A stretch of 64,000 nucleotides of DNA from Octopus sinensis (GCF_006345805.1 NC_043008.1:24180001-24244000), one strand, 5' to 3'; positions 26,829 to 38,552 are shown, numbered from the stretch's first letter. Made by a program: numbers and translations. The notes: generated by a model not told the origin, from the letters alone.

Positions 26829-28685
26829 GAAGTCGATTTCAGGAGTTATTCTTCCCTTTTTGACCGCACATATTTGAAATCTCAACTTTTTTTCTACTGA
26901 ACCAAATTTCAAATTTTGTGGCTGACCAATCTAAAAATGTATAAACATCATCAAATTTGGTAAGAAAAACTGAATTAGTGACAAAACCTAGTAGTCGCGA
27001 GTGAGTAAATGTTGACTTTAAGAATATTATTCACACACGGCAGTGTGTGGATGATATTAATAACAATATAGTGTATTCTATATGAGGCAGATCTTTGCAA
27101 GATACCTAAATTGACTCAAACATTTTGCAATACTGGCTTCCAATTTTGGCAGAAGGAAGTCAAATTCGGAGGGAAGGAAAGTTGATTACATTGACGTCAG
27201 TGCTCAGCTGATGCTCATTTTATCGAGCGCCGAAAAGATAAAATGCAAAGACGACCTTGGCGGAATTTGAACCCATAATTTAGAAACAGACGAAATGTCA
27301 CGAAGCTTTCACCCTGCGTGTTAACGACTCTGCCAGGTCGTCGTCTTAGTACTGTAAGAAGTAATAATATTACTTGAAAATTCTTTTACATACTTTTGGC
27401 ACATTTAGCTTAAATAATAATTTTTTTCATTCTGAATATTTTTTCAAAAGATTAGCACCTCGGCACTCGTCTTGATGTGTTCTATCATATGAGCTAAACA
27501 AAAACAAAATTTTTACTCAAAAGTAAAATGTTTTAAATTTGCTTTTAGGGGTTACCACTGTTTTCGGCACATTTAGCCCCAGTAGTTTAAAAATATTTTT
27601 TTAAATAATTAGCATCATGGAATTCTTGTAGTTGAGATCTATCAGAAAAGTTAAATTGAAATATAGTTTTCTTTTGAAAGAAGAATATTTGGAGTCAAAG
27701 TTGATTTCAGACGTTAATCTCCTTTTTTTTCGACGATTTTTACCTCAGTTCTTTTTTTCTACTGAATATTTTGGCATATAACTAACATGGATAGATTCCT
27801 GTCGTCGCGATCTATCATATAAGCTAAAATAAAATATAGATTTATTTTTAAAAAAATTGGATTCCATGTCGATTTCAGGCGTTATTCTCCTGTTTGTGAC
27901 CTCACATATTTGACTCAAACGTTTTTTCTAATGAACCATTTTGCAAATTTCTTAGCTGGAAATGTAGCTTATGTCGTGTGACCAATCTAAAAATGTAAAC
28001 ATCAGCTAATTTGGTTAAAAACTGAGTTAGAGACAAAGCCTAGAAGTGGACGTGAGTGAGTAAATGTTGATCTTAAGAATATTATTCACATATTACCATG
28101 TGTGAATGATATCTTTTGAAAAGATTAGCTCCACGACACTCGTCTTGATGAGTTCTATCATATGAGGGAAAAAATGTTTTAGGTTTTGAATTTGATTTTA
28201 GGCGTTACCACTGTTTTCGGCACATTCAGCCCCAGTAGTTTTTTTTTATTTTAAAATTTCTTTGATGTAATTGGCACCATCGGATTTTTCTAGTGGAGAT
28301 CTATCAGAAAAATTGAATTTAAATATAGTTTTCTTTTAAAATACGATTAATATTTGAAGTCAAAGTCGATTTCAGGCGTTAATCTCGATTTTTTTTTCCA
28401 CCGGTTTTTACTTCAGTACTTTTTTTTCCACTGAAGATTTTTGCATATAAGTAACATGGATAGATTCCTCTCACCGAGATCTATTATATAAGCTAAAATA
28501 AAATATAGATTTCTCTAAAAAAAATTGAACTCAAAGTCCCATTTTTGACCTCATATTTTACTGAAAATTTTTTTAGTTGAAAATGTAGCTTAGGATGTGA
28601 GCAACCTAAAAATGTAAACATTATATCATTTGGTTAAAAACTGAGTTAATGACAAAGCCTAGAAGTGGTCGCGAGTGAGAAAATA
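26829..28685. repeat. AT-rich higher-order tandem repeat (about 2.3 long units with ~150-bp subunits), interrupted by a SINE
   Basis: 'acaaa(a/g)cctag...gagtgag' at ~26981, 28032 and 28652. 'gtcgatttcaggcgtta'-like and 'gatctatca' subunits recur. Confidence 0.8.
27135..27350 (-). mobile_element. SINE copy
   Basis: 'ccttggcggaatttgaac...acagacgaaatg...gttaacgactctgcca' matches 38440-38545. Confidence 0.7.
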
Positions 28686-30559
28686 TTGTGTGTGTGTGTG
28701 TGTATTTATATATTATGTTATTCATTATAAATTAAATTATATATATTCTTGGCTAACTTTATTATTTTAATGCAGTTTGTTTCATTATATTTTGGTTTCT
28801 TCTAACTTAGAAGAGTTTCTTCTACCTATTGAATGTTTTAACATTAACTACTGACTTACATTTTTCTTTTTATTAGATTATTAGCTCTTTTGTGATAAAA
28901 TATTAATTCTTTCTCTTTTTTCAACTCAGTTAAGCTTATATAAGGCCTGCATGCTATTTCATAAAGTATAAAACTTTTGAAAAAACATAAACGTATCACG
29001 TCTTATTCATTATTAATATACTCTTATGACTGGATATAAGACGTTCCCATTATCTCTGTATGCGTGTGTATACATACATTATACATACATTCATACATGC
29101 ATATACACATGCCGATATACATACATAAGCATATGTGTATATGCGTGTATGTATGTACTAACATATATATATACATATATATATATTGAACCTTGGGAGG
29201 GGTATTATGCCGGTAATAATAAACAGATGCACTGGTTCGGTCCCTTATTGTTATTGTTCAGCATTTTTCGTGTGTTATTATTTCTTTGTTTTTGTGTGCG
29301 TGTGTGTGTGTTTTTTTTTCAAATAATTATTTCATCGCATTTTTGCAATCTCTTCAGTGACATGTCGCTCAACTTCCATTACTTTTGAACTTATGTTCCA
29401 GCGTTGGGATTCGTCCGAGATGAATATGTGAGTGTGTGCATGTCTGTATGTGTGTGTGTTTGTACGTAAATGTGTGCATCCTGTGTGTGTTTTGAATACT
29501 GACTCTCCCCTCTAATAATTACATGACCTACTTTATATTGGGCTAACATTTTCTCCAAATCCCCCTACGCATTTTCCAGATGTCTTTAGCTAGGCCGAAA
29601 TAATGTCTTCACCGATTGACCCTTTCTAACTTCTTTTACTTCACCAAAAGATAGAGATAATAAGACCACCAACTAAATCTATTGTTCTCAATAATATATC
29701 TATCCTTCTAGATAGTTATATAAACAAGCACACCCCAAGCAAAAATCAGTTAGTATAGTCGGTAACGACTCAACGAGTCCAGTCACAGGGTGACGACTCA
29801 ACAAAGTCTGGCTGATCAGCTAGAACATTGGTCAGAGGAAGAAATGAAGTTTACTGTCAGCAACTGTGAGACAACGTCCAACACCCTACAATTTTCTCTA
29901 GCTCTAATTCTGTTCTCTTACAACATCATTCTATCGCTATCTCTGGTTTACTACTAACTATTTGTATATGCAAACTGTGTAAAGAAACGTTCTACTGCAT
30001 CTAACTTTCTTTCGCATGCTTTTGGATTTATCATAACCTGCTCGTCGAGGCAAGATATTGTAACGTAACGGTAAATAAATATTTCATTAAAACTTCATGC
30101 ATTGTTCATCTTTCACATCCTACAGTATGCGATTATAACAACAAATTTCTATCGTTAAAACTGCTGACTCCGGCATTTCATACTATTGTTTACTAATCAA
30201 TCTTAACCGTTACAAATCTCATCTGGACAGGTATTGCTCCCTTCTTCACTCAAGGTTCTTCGATATTATATAATATGATATATTCATATTTTATTGTTCA
30301 ATTTTATTGTTCATATTTTATTGTTCAATCCCGACTAGCTGAACCGTTATTATTTTCAAAATAAGTCAGCCAGTCAAATTCAAATGTTTATTCGTCAAAT
30401 TGGATTATTTCAAGCCATATATTACATGTACCATTACAATTTTATTCCTGTACTGATCACAGCTGTCCGAAAATACGGGAACGTAAAACTCTGAGTAACA
30501 GAAAAGTGTGTGTGCGTGTGCGCGTGTTGTATTTAAGGACATATTTGGTAATTTAATGA

Positions 30560-31330
30560 TACAACTCTAATTTGTGCACATGCTCTAGCTAAGCTTTCTT
30601 AATTTTTTTTTTATTTTTTCCTCCCTATGAATCTGTCTTCAGCTTCGATGACTGCTTTATGCAGGATCGGAATCGTTAATATGCTTGCAATAAATAGTTC
30701 TTATTTATTTTTTAATTTCATCTGGACAATGGCACCCTTCAGTGAAGCTATGATATTGTCAGGGTGTTGATTTGCTTCTCAATAATGGTCCAAATGTTGA
30801 TATTTAATGTTGGAGCCTACAAGTTTGATGTTTCATAATCGGAAAGATTGTACATAACCATCGGTCATTGCTGTTGTGACACTTTTATTTTTCGTCGATG
30901 ATTTTCTCAATAGAAAGAACCAAAGTATATCGTATTCGTGGTGATATCTAACCTTGTTTAGTTACCGTTTGGGACGGATCAAATTATTTTCCTGTGGTTT
31001 TGTGGACATAAACTGGCTTCTCCTCAGTACATACGGCTTGTATCGAATGTCCTGTTCCGAGGTTCGGACAGTCCAAGCTAACACCCGAAGTTCATCGACG
31101 AAGGCCCGCATTGATTTTGCGAGATCTTCATTGATAATGTTTTGAAACTGTTGGATGAATTGCGATGTTCTTTTTTTGATTTGTTTTGTTTTTTGTTTTC
31201 GTTTTATCTTTGACGCAGAGGCTTCCAATTCTATCCGAAGTTTGTGAATGAAATGTTTTGCAACATTTAGAAAGTTGGCAATTTCTAAATTGTTGTTCCG
31301 TACATATTGCATTATTGACTGTATTTCTTT
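30560..31330 (-). mobile_element. Tc1/mariner (maT/DD37D-like) transposase N-terminal remnant
   Basis: RTSQFIQQFQNIINEDLAKSMRAFVDELRV...DIRYKPYVLRRSQFMS resembles the HTH region of mariner-like transposases. Confidence 0.65.
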
Positions 31331-31339
31331 TCATTTCCT

Positions 31340-31760
31340 GTTTTAGCATGGGGGATCTGAGAGAAACAAAACCTTTTAAATGGTTTGCAGTGAGTAATAT
31401 ACTGATAATCAAGCATACTGTAATACCCTAATATGCAGGACATGGCACCAGTCCTACTTCTCCACAGTTCAAAGATTTGAGCAAAGTTGCCTCCAGCATC
31501 GAGACAAACTTCCTGCAAGCATGAAGGTACATTTTCAAAACGTTGCTCCTCTAAATGGAAACCTTACCTGTCGTTGTGGTTTGGTGGCACGAAGCAGAGC
31601 AGGCCTTGCCGTACACTCAAGGAAGCACATAGTAAATGATCCACAAGCACTCGAGCAAACTGAGTCAGCTTGTTCCTTTTGCCAAAAGGTTTGTAAAGCA
31701 TCAACAGCTCTATTTGACGGAACCCTCATTTGTCATTCATGACGATAGAATCCTTCATAT
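31340..31760 (+). mobile_element. 3' end of an RTE-like LINE with C2H2 fingers
   Basis: CRCGLVARSRAGLAVHSRKH and CSFCQKVCK, followed by a (TATC)n/(TA)n tail. Confidence 0.6.
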
Positions 31761-32003
31761 ATCTATCTATCTATATATATATATATATATAGCAATAATA
31801 ATTCTCTATAAGAGATATAGACAGTAACTGCTCGATAACATAAGGGACTAAAGCCATCTGAATATGGCTAGGGACGGGGCAGGGTGGTGGGGGTGTTACT
31901 GTTGCATTTAGCCCCAGGCGAACATCGACGTCGCTAGATAGGCTTGACACCGTCACGGTGTCCTTTAACCTGCAAAGGGAGATAATTCCCCGATGAAGCG
32001 GAA

Positions 32004-32055
32004 ACCACACACGGACCATGGTTTCAAGGTGTATTGCCTATCGTCAACGTGTGGT
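32004..32055 (-). ncRNA. Type I hammerhead ribozyme motif (copy 1)
   Basis: Reverse complement of 32372-32423. Confidence 0.65.
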
Positions 32056-32371
32056 AGGCCTCCGCTTCCTCGACGAAATCTCACTCTGCAGGTTATTCAT
32101 ATATAGATTTTCAAGCAAAATACATTTGCTGATTTCGAAAATCTGTTCGACAGCAATAATAATTCTCTATAAGAGATATAGACAGTAACTGCTCGATAAC
32201 ATAAGGGACTAAAGCCATCTGAATATGGTATCGAGCAGTTACTGTCTATATCTCTTATAGAGAATTATTATTGCTGTCGAACAGATTTTCGAAATCAGCA
32301 AATGTATTTTGCTTGAAAATCTATATATGAATAACCTGCAGAGTGAGATTTCGTCGAGGAAGCGGAGGCCT

Positions 32372-32423
32372 ACCACACGTTGACGATAGGCAATACACCT
32401 TGAAACCATGGTCCGTGTGTGGT
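32372..32423 (+). ncRNA. Type I hammerhead ribozyme motif (copy 2)
   Basis: Stem I CACACG/CGUGUG, core UUGACGA, stem II AGG/CCU, GAAA, palindromic stem III CCAUGG, GUC cleavage triplet. Confidence 0.65.
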
Positions 32424-32699
32424 TTTCGCTTCATCGGGGAATTATCTCCCTTTGCAGGTTAAAGGACACCGTGACGGTGTCAAGCCTATCTAGCGACGTC
32501 GATGTTCGCCTGGGGCTAAATGCAACAGTAACACCCCCACCACCCTGCCCTGTCCCTAGCCGTATTCAGATGGCTTTAGTCCCTTATGTTATATATATAT
32601 ATAACGTAATCTTCATACTCAACTTAACATGGTTGCTATGTTAGAATACCGAATACTACGTTATTAACCTTGAGAGATCCTCCCATATTAGTGCTTGGT

Positions 32700-32987
32700 G
32701 CATAAAAGTACGGACATTAACATAGCAAACGAAATTTGTTTGTCATGAGCGCCGGCATTCCTATTCACCTGATTTCGGCCTATTGGACCACCTCAGTTGG
32801 AAGCACCGGTCACTTTCTGCTAGCCAAATCACACTGTCATGATATATAGAATTCCAGCATGTTTTCAGACACTAATGTCGCAAATAGCCAGCATGCTTAT
32901 TAAAAGTCATAGGTGCGGGAATTCCCATATTACGGCGCCTATGGCAGATGGATTTTGTTTGCTATGATCTATGTGTGTGCTTTTATC
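32700..32987. repeat. Imperfect inverted repeat (MITE remnant)
   Basis: 'ataaaagtac...catagcaaacgaaatttgtttgtcatgagcgccg' versus 'cggcgcctatggcagatggattttgtttgctatg...gcttttat'. Confidence 0.55.
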
Positions 32988-32999
32988 AAATAACAAAGA

Positions 33000-33248
33000 T
33001 CCTCTCAACACATGGCTATGATGCTCCCCCACTATTTCTGCTCGTGATCAGAGATGCTCATATCGTCAGCCACTAAGGGACATGCTCAACTGGTTAAGGT
33101 CAAACAACTGACAAGTAAATATGTGGTATTGAGCAGAATATTTGCTGTATCCCATATTTTATACCAAGACAAAACAATGTACATGATAGCACTTCCAATC
33201 GGTTAAGATCAGAAGCCATGAGAGTCACTGCCTGGTACTGCATCAGGG

Positions 33249-33250
<2 letters not shown>
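33000..33250 (-). mobile_element. SINE-like repeat (same family as 13188-13737), partial
   Basis: Reverse-complement match to 13188-13430. Confidence 0.8.
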
Positions 33251-33317
<67 letters not shown>

Positions 33318-34790
33318 GTCAGTAGTTATATTTTTATACTGTGCTTTCACTTCATTACCGAGCGCAGCCCTGTGTGCCTTGGGTATGTGCTGTAATTTGT
33401 TGTGATGCTCTGATGGTTACTGTATTGAAAGTGATTTGCGTAGGATGTGTGCAGTGCCCAGTAATGCAATTTTCTGTATGTTATATATGTTTGTAAGTCC
33501 TGGTGTTTTTGTTATGTATTTGTCTGAATATTTTTTTATCATGCTTAATGTGCCTACTATGATAGGAATTGTTTCTGTTTTTAGATTCCACATTCTAGTT
33601 ACCGCTATTTTCAGGTCTTTGTATTTTGAAAGTTTCTCCATTTCTTTTAGAGACACGTTGTCATCTGCTGGTGTTGATACATCAATTAGAAAACATTTTT
33701 TTTCTTCATGATCTCTGACAACTATATCTGGCCTGTTGCTGGGATTTTGCTTTGTCTATTTCTTTTGCGTTTAATTTAGCCCAGTATTTGCCATGGAGGA
33801 GCTTTTCTTGCCATCGTTTTATCATGGTCCGTTGTTGTTGTAGTTTTAGTTTGGATTTCATTTGTTTTATAGCTTTTCTTCTTCTTCTTCTTCTTCTTCT
33901 TCTTCTTCTTCTTCATATTTGTTAGGTGGCATGATTTCTTAAATACTGAGAACAGTTTTTTGTTTTGCTCGTGTTTTGCCGCTATTTGTATCAGTTTTCC
34001 TTGCTTCTGGAGTAGATATTTTTGCAGTCCTGTAGCGGTTATTTTATAATAGTTTTCCAGCTGTATAAGCCCTCTACCACCTTCTATATGTTGTATATAT
34101 AGCCTTTCTATGTCAGATTTTGGGTGATGCATCCTAGATCCTGTCATTATTTTTCTTGTTTGGTTAGTTCATATAGTGTCCAGTTAAGGATATTGTAGCT
34201 GTAACTTATAACTGGGACGGCTAAAGTGTTAATACCTGTTATCTTGTTTTTAGCATTGAGCTCTGTTTTTAGTATTGATCTAACTATTCTATAGTATTCT
34301 TTCTTTATTTTCTCTTTCATTTGTGTGTGTTGTATCTTATCTAGTTTATGGATTCCTAAATATTTGTAAGTTTGGCTTTGGTCTAATTCTTTTATTTCAT
34401 TGGCATTATCTAGTGTGATGTTGCTACTCTTAACTAGTTTTCTTCTTTTCAGGGTTACTTTGGCGCATTTTTCTAATCCAAATTTCATATCTATTTCTTT
34501 GGTAAATCCATGAACTGTCTGTAATAGTGTTTCCAGCTGTTTGTCATTTGTAGCGTATAGTTTTAGGTCATCCATATATAAAAGGTAGCTGATCGTTTTG
34601 CCGTAACATTTGTATCCGCATCCAGTTCTATTTAGCATATCAGATAGAGGTGTCAGTGCCAAGCAGAAAAGGAGTGGAGAGAGCGTTTCTCCCTGGAATA
34701 TTCCTCTTCTAATGGGGGATGGCTTTGGTTTTCATGAGTCCCTCTTTTGTTTGGAGCTGTAGCACTGTCTGCCATTTTTGCCATTTATTC
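33318..34790 (-). mobile_element. R4/Dong-family LINE fragment with an internal deletion, between TAA arrays
   Basis: IFQGETLSPLLFCLAL, LYMDDLKLYA, YKYLG, KYKDLKIAVTRMW. The zinc-knuckle region is deleted near 33737. Confidence 0.9.
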
Positions 34791-34794
34791 ATAG

Positions 34795-34855
<61 letters not shown>

Positions 34856-35256
34856 CATCAATACGACGAGCTGGCAGAATCGTTAGCACACCGGCTAAGT
34901 TGTCACTCGTAACTTGGTCTACCAAAAACTTTTTATTTTTTAATCTGAATTTTTTTTTAAAGATCTGTACTCGGATAATGTGCAGAATCAAATTATTTTT
35001 ATCAAACGAATCTGTTAGATAATGATAGTAGTTCTTGATACAAATCCTCGACGGTTAACTGACATATTAACTTCTCTTCGTGCATCTAAAGCCGATTTCC
35101 ATTTCGTTTCACCTGCTCTCGGGCACTTAATACAAAACATCAAATACTTTCATCGAAGCTAAAGGTATCAAGAAGAATTTTTTTTTAAATTGTCTAAGGG
35201 AAGTAACTTTACTTGCGTCAGTGAGGAATTCAACGAAGTTGCTTAGTACTAAAATA

Positions 35257-35430
<174 letters not shown>

Positions 35431-35512
35431 CGCGCGCATATGTGCTCATATGTTTGTGTGCGTGAATGTGTAACATATCTATATGCAATTGTATATACTT
35501 GCATGCACACAT

Positions 35513-36050
35513 GGTGGCTGCCCCCTCGTTATCGAGTATGGCCATTGCACGAAGCTTAATCAATGTTGTTATCGTGCAATGCCTGTGCAAGAAGATTTTT
35601 TTTAAAGAGAGGAAAGGCTTTGCACTGAGTCAATCCCACTCACTAAGCAACAGCAGCCATAATCCGAAAAGAAGAACAAGTCAACATCATCGGTAACCAC
35701 TGAGCCGCAGGTTTTATGTCGGAGTTATCCTAATTACCTGAGTTACTTTCGCCTAGAAGGATGCCCTAACAAAGGCTCGGAGTCCTTCACTCCCAATGGT
35801 TTAACCGCGCGATCGGGTATTCAGTCCGATTATTTCTATGTCTCCGCACATGATACAGCCTTAAGACATTTATTGGATGGCCGTTGACTCTCAAGAGTTC
35901 CTCCGCCCTTTGACGGGTTTTGTTTTTCATCCCGCAGGGTGTCCAATAAACACCCTCCTCACCAAGCTTGCCGGTTTAGTCGCCGACGACCCGACCATGC
36001 AACAGGTTGTACTGGGTTACATGTTACCAGTAGCACTCGAAAGTGACCTG
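35513..36050 (-). mobile_element. Full ~540-bp RTE-associated SINE-like element
   Basis: Near-identical inverted copy at 42551-43077. 3' end 'gcagccacc' is shared with the RTE LINE end at 26497-26504. Confidence 0.85.
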
Positions 36051-36399
36051 ACATACATACATACATACATACATACATACATACATACATACATACATAC
36101 ATACATACGTACGTACGTACGTACGTATGTACATACATGTCTTGAAAATGCTAAACTTAAAAACAATAACTTATTGGTATATAGTAGCTGCTGCTCAATA
36201 GTAATAAAAGTGAATGACAGCAGAAACACTAAATATTCAAAGATAGTATTAACAAATGATTAACGAACTGAGAACACATTAAAAACAGAAAACATTTGAA
36301 TACTGGTGTATGTATGTATGTACGTATGTATGCATGTATATATGTATGTTATGTATGGATGGATGAACTGAGGTATGTATGTGTGTATGTATGTCCTCC

Positions 36400-36685
36400 A
36401 CCCGAGCTCACACACACACACACTTCAGTCTGTTGTTACCATTCTTCCTTATCTCCCCCTCTCTGAAAGTAATTCCTACAAAAAATTTTTTTCGCCCTCC
36501 GAAATTTTCTTCATTCTCTCCCCGTTTTTACTTCATTCTCTCTCCTTTTATTCCCTCTTAATCCTTTCTGTCGAAGAGCGTAAGCTCGAAACGTAAAAGA
36601 CTTTTCCATTCTTCCCGAGCATTAAACTAATACACCTGCTTGTTGTTCCTACATCTGTCTTCGTCTTTTGTTTTCTGTAAATTTG
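36400..36685 (+). mobile_element. Penelope-like pseudo-LTR remnant with a minimal hammerhead-like motif (36564-36599)
   Basis: CUUU-CUGUCGA-A-GAGC guaa GCUC-GAAA-CG-UA-AAAG in a pyrimidine-rich context between (TATG)n tracts. Confidence 0.6.
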
Positions 36686-37349
36686 TATGTATGTATGTAT
36701 GTATGTATGTATGTATGTATGCATGCATGCATGCATGCATGTATGTATGTATGTATGTATGTATGTATGTATGTATGCATGCATGCATGCATGTATGTAT
36801 GTATGTATGTATGTATGTATGTATGTATTCTCATGCATATAGTTACATGTCTAGACATGCTCATATTTACTTAAATGATAAACTTCTGGAAAGTTTTACA
36901 AAGAGACCGATAGAATAAGTACAAATGGCTTATATATTGAGTTCTTCATAACCAGCTGATCTAGCAAGCGGGGCCTCATATCAGTGAGGGGGGCCGGTGC
37001 GCATTGATGCCGTCGAGAGGTAGGCCCCGAAACGGCGCGCATTCTCTCCTGATGACCCCATACACTTGCTAGCTTCCGATATACGGAGCTTTTAACTGGT
37101 AGCACTTGCATATGCAAGTTGTTTGCAAGATATACAGTTCCAGTGATGGCTTGGATCTGTCGTCCTTGAATCAGCATTCTCTTTTCTGGTTTTGAGAAGC
37201 TTACTTTCTCGAGATTGGGGCTTAGGCAGTGTGTTACATATCCCAGTACCTCGATAATTACAGACGGATGGGTGAATGAATAGATGCATGCATGTATGTA
37301 TGTATTTATGTATGTATGCGAATATGTGCAGATATTTGCGTGTGAGTGT

Positions 37350-37716
37350 ATACTCTTACTCTTTTACTTGTTTCAGTCATTTGACTGCGGCCATGCTGGA
37401 GCACCGCCTTTAATCGAGCAACTCGACCCCGGAACTTATTCTATTGTAAGCCCAGTACTTATTCTATCGGTCTCTTTTGCCGAACCGCTAAGTGACGGGG
37501 ACACAAACACACCAGCATCGGTTTTCAAGCAATGCTATGGGGACAAACACAGACACACAAACACACACACGCATACATATATATATATACATATATACGA
37601 CGGGCTTCTTTCAGTTTCCGTCTACCAAATCCACTCACAAGGCTTTGGTCGGCCCGAGGCTATAGTAGAAGACACTTGCCCAAGGTGCCACTTACCACAC
37701 AGCCACTCCTGCGCCT
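37350..37716 (-). mobile_element. tRNA-derived SINE
   Basis: 5' end 'ggcgcaggagtggctgtgtggtaag' (A-box-like), internal (CA)/(TA) tract, tail 'gactgaaacaagtaaaagag'. Confidence 0.75.
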
Positions 37717-38179
37717 ATGTGAACATGTTTGTATGAATATCTATAAATGTGTGTGTTTCTGGGTGCTATCATTAGTCTAAAGCATAAATGCATGAACACA
37801 TCACATGGACGACAAAGAAGAAGAAAAAAAGGAAACTTATAACTGGATCAATAACTTACAAAGAAATGCTTTGGGTCAGCCATTTTTTAAATACTTCTCA
37901 TTGTGTGTGCATGTACATTATATATATATGCAGACACACATACATACACACACACATATATATATATATGCACACACACACACATATATATGCATACACA
38001 TGCACAATCACACAGATACATATACACATATATGTATGTATGCGTGCATTTACGTATGTATATCTATTTGTGTGTGTGTGTGTGTGATCTGAAGGATCAA
38101 CAATTCTCTCAATTGGCATCTCATTAAAGAAAAAGTCATTTGATTGTTTGAAGAGGAAGAACAGCTGCGGACACTACTT

Positions 38180-38552
38180 CTTATTTCTTTATTGCCCACA
38201 AGGGGCTAAACAGAGAGGACAAACAAGGACAGACAAACGGACTAAGTTGATTACATCGACCACAGTGGTACTTATTTAATCGACCACGAAAGGCAAAGCC
38301 GACCTCGGCTGAATTTGAACTCAGAACGTAAAGCCACAAGGGGCTAAACATAGAGGGGACAAACAAGGACAGACATAGGTATTAAGTTGATTACATCGAC
38401 CCCAGTGCGTAACTGGTACTTAATTTATCGACCCCGAAAGGATGAAAGGCAAAGTCGACCTCGGCTGAATTTGAACTCAGAACGTAAAGCCAGACGAAAT
38501 ACGGTTACGCATTTTGCCCGGCGTGCTAACGTTTCTGCCAGCTCGCCGCCTT
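38180..38552 (-). mobile_element. SINE with a tandemly duplicated 3' part
   Basis: 'ggcggcgagctggcagaaacgttagcacgccggg...ttctgagttcaaattc' (A/B-box-like). 'gccacaaggggctaaac...ctcagaacgtaaagcc' occurs twice. Confidence 0.8.

Larger units (their letters stand above)
31791..32592. mobile_element. 361-bp hammerhead-containing monomer as a 1.2-mer (minus) plus an inverted 1.0-mer (plus); retrozyme- or Penelope-pLTR-like
   Basis: 31791-31867 is repeated exactly at 32152-32228 (period 361). 32229-32589 is one inverted monomer with 3 substitutions seen. (TA)n on both flanks. Confidence 0.85.

Noticed and set aside
31820-31916. HDV-like, twister or pistol ribozyme from the crossing helices
   Set aside because: Spacing and conserved residues (P3/L3, P1.1, J4/2) do not fit.
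31771-32644. Twin ORFs MVRVWF... as duplicated small proteins
   Set aside because: They are a by-product of the inverted 361-bp repeat and show no recognisable domain.
37024-37058. Type II hammerhead using GAAA at 37029 and CTGATGA at 37049
   Set aside because: The stem II strands (CCCC/CCCC) are not complementary.
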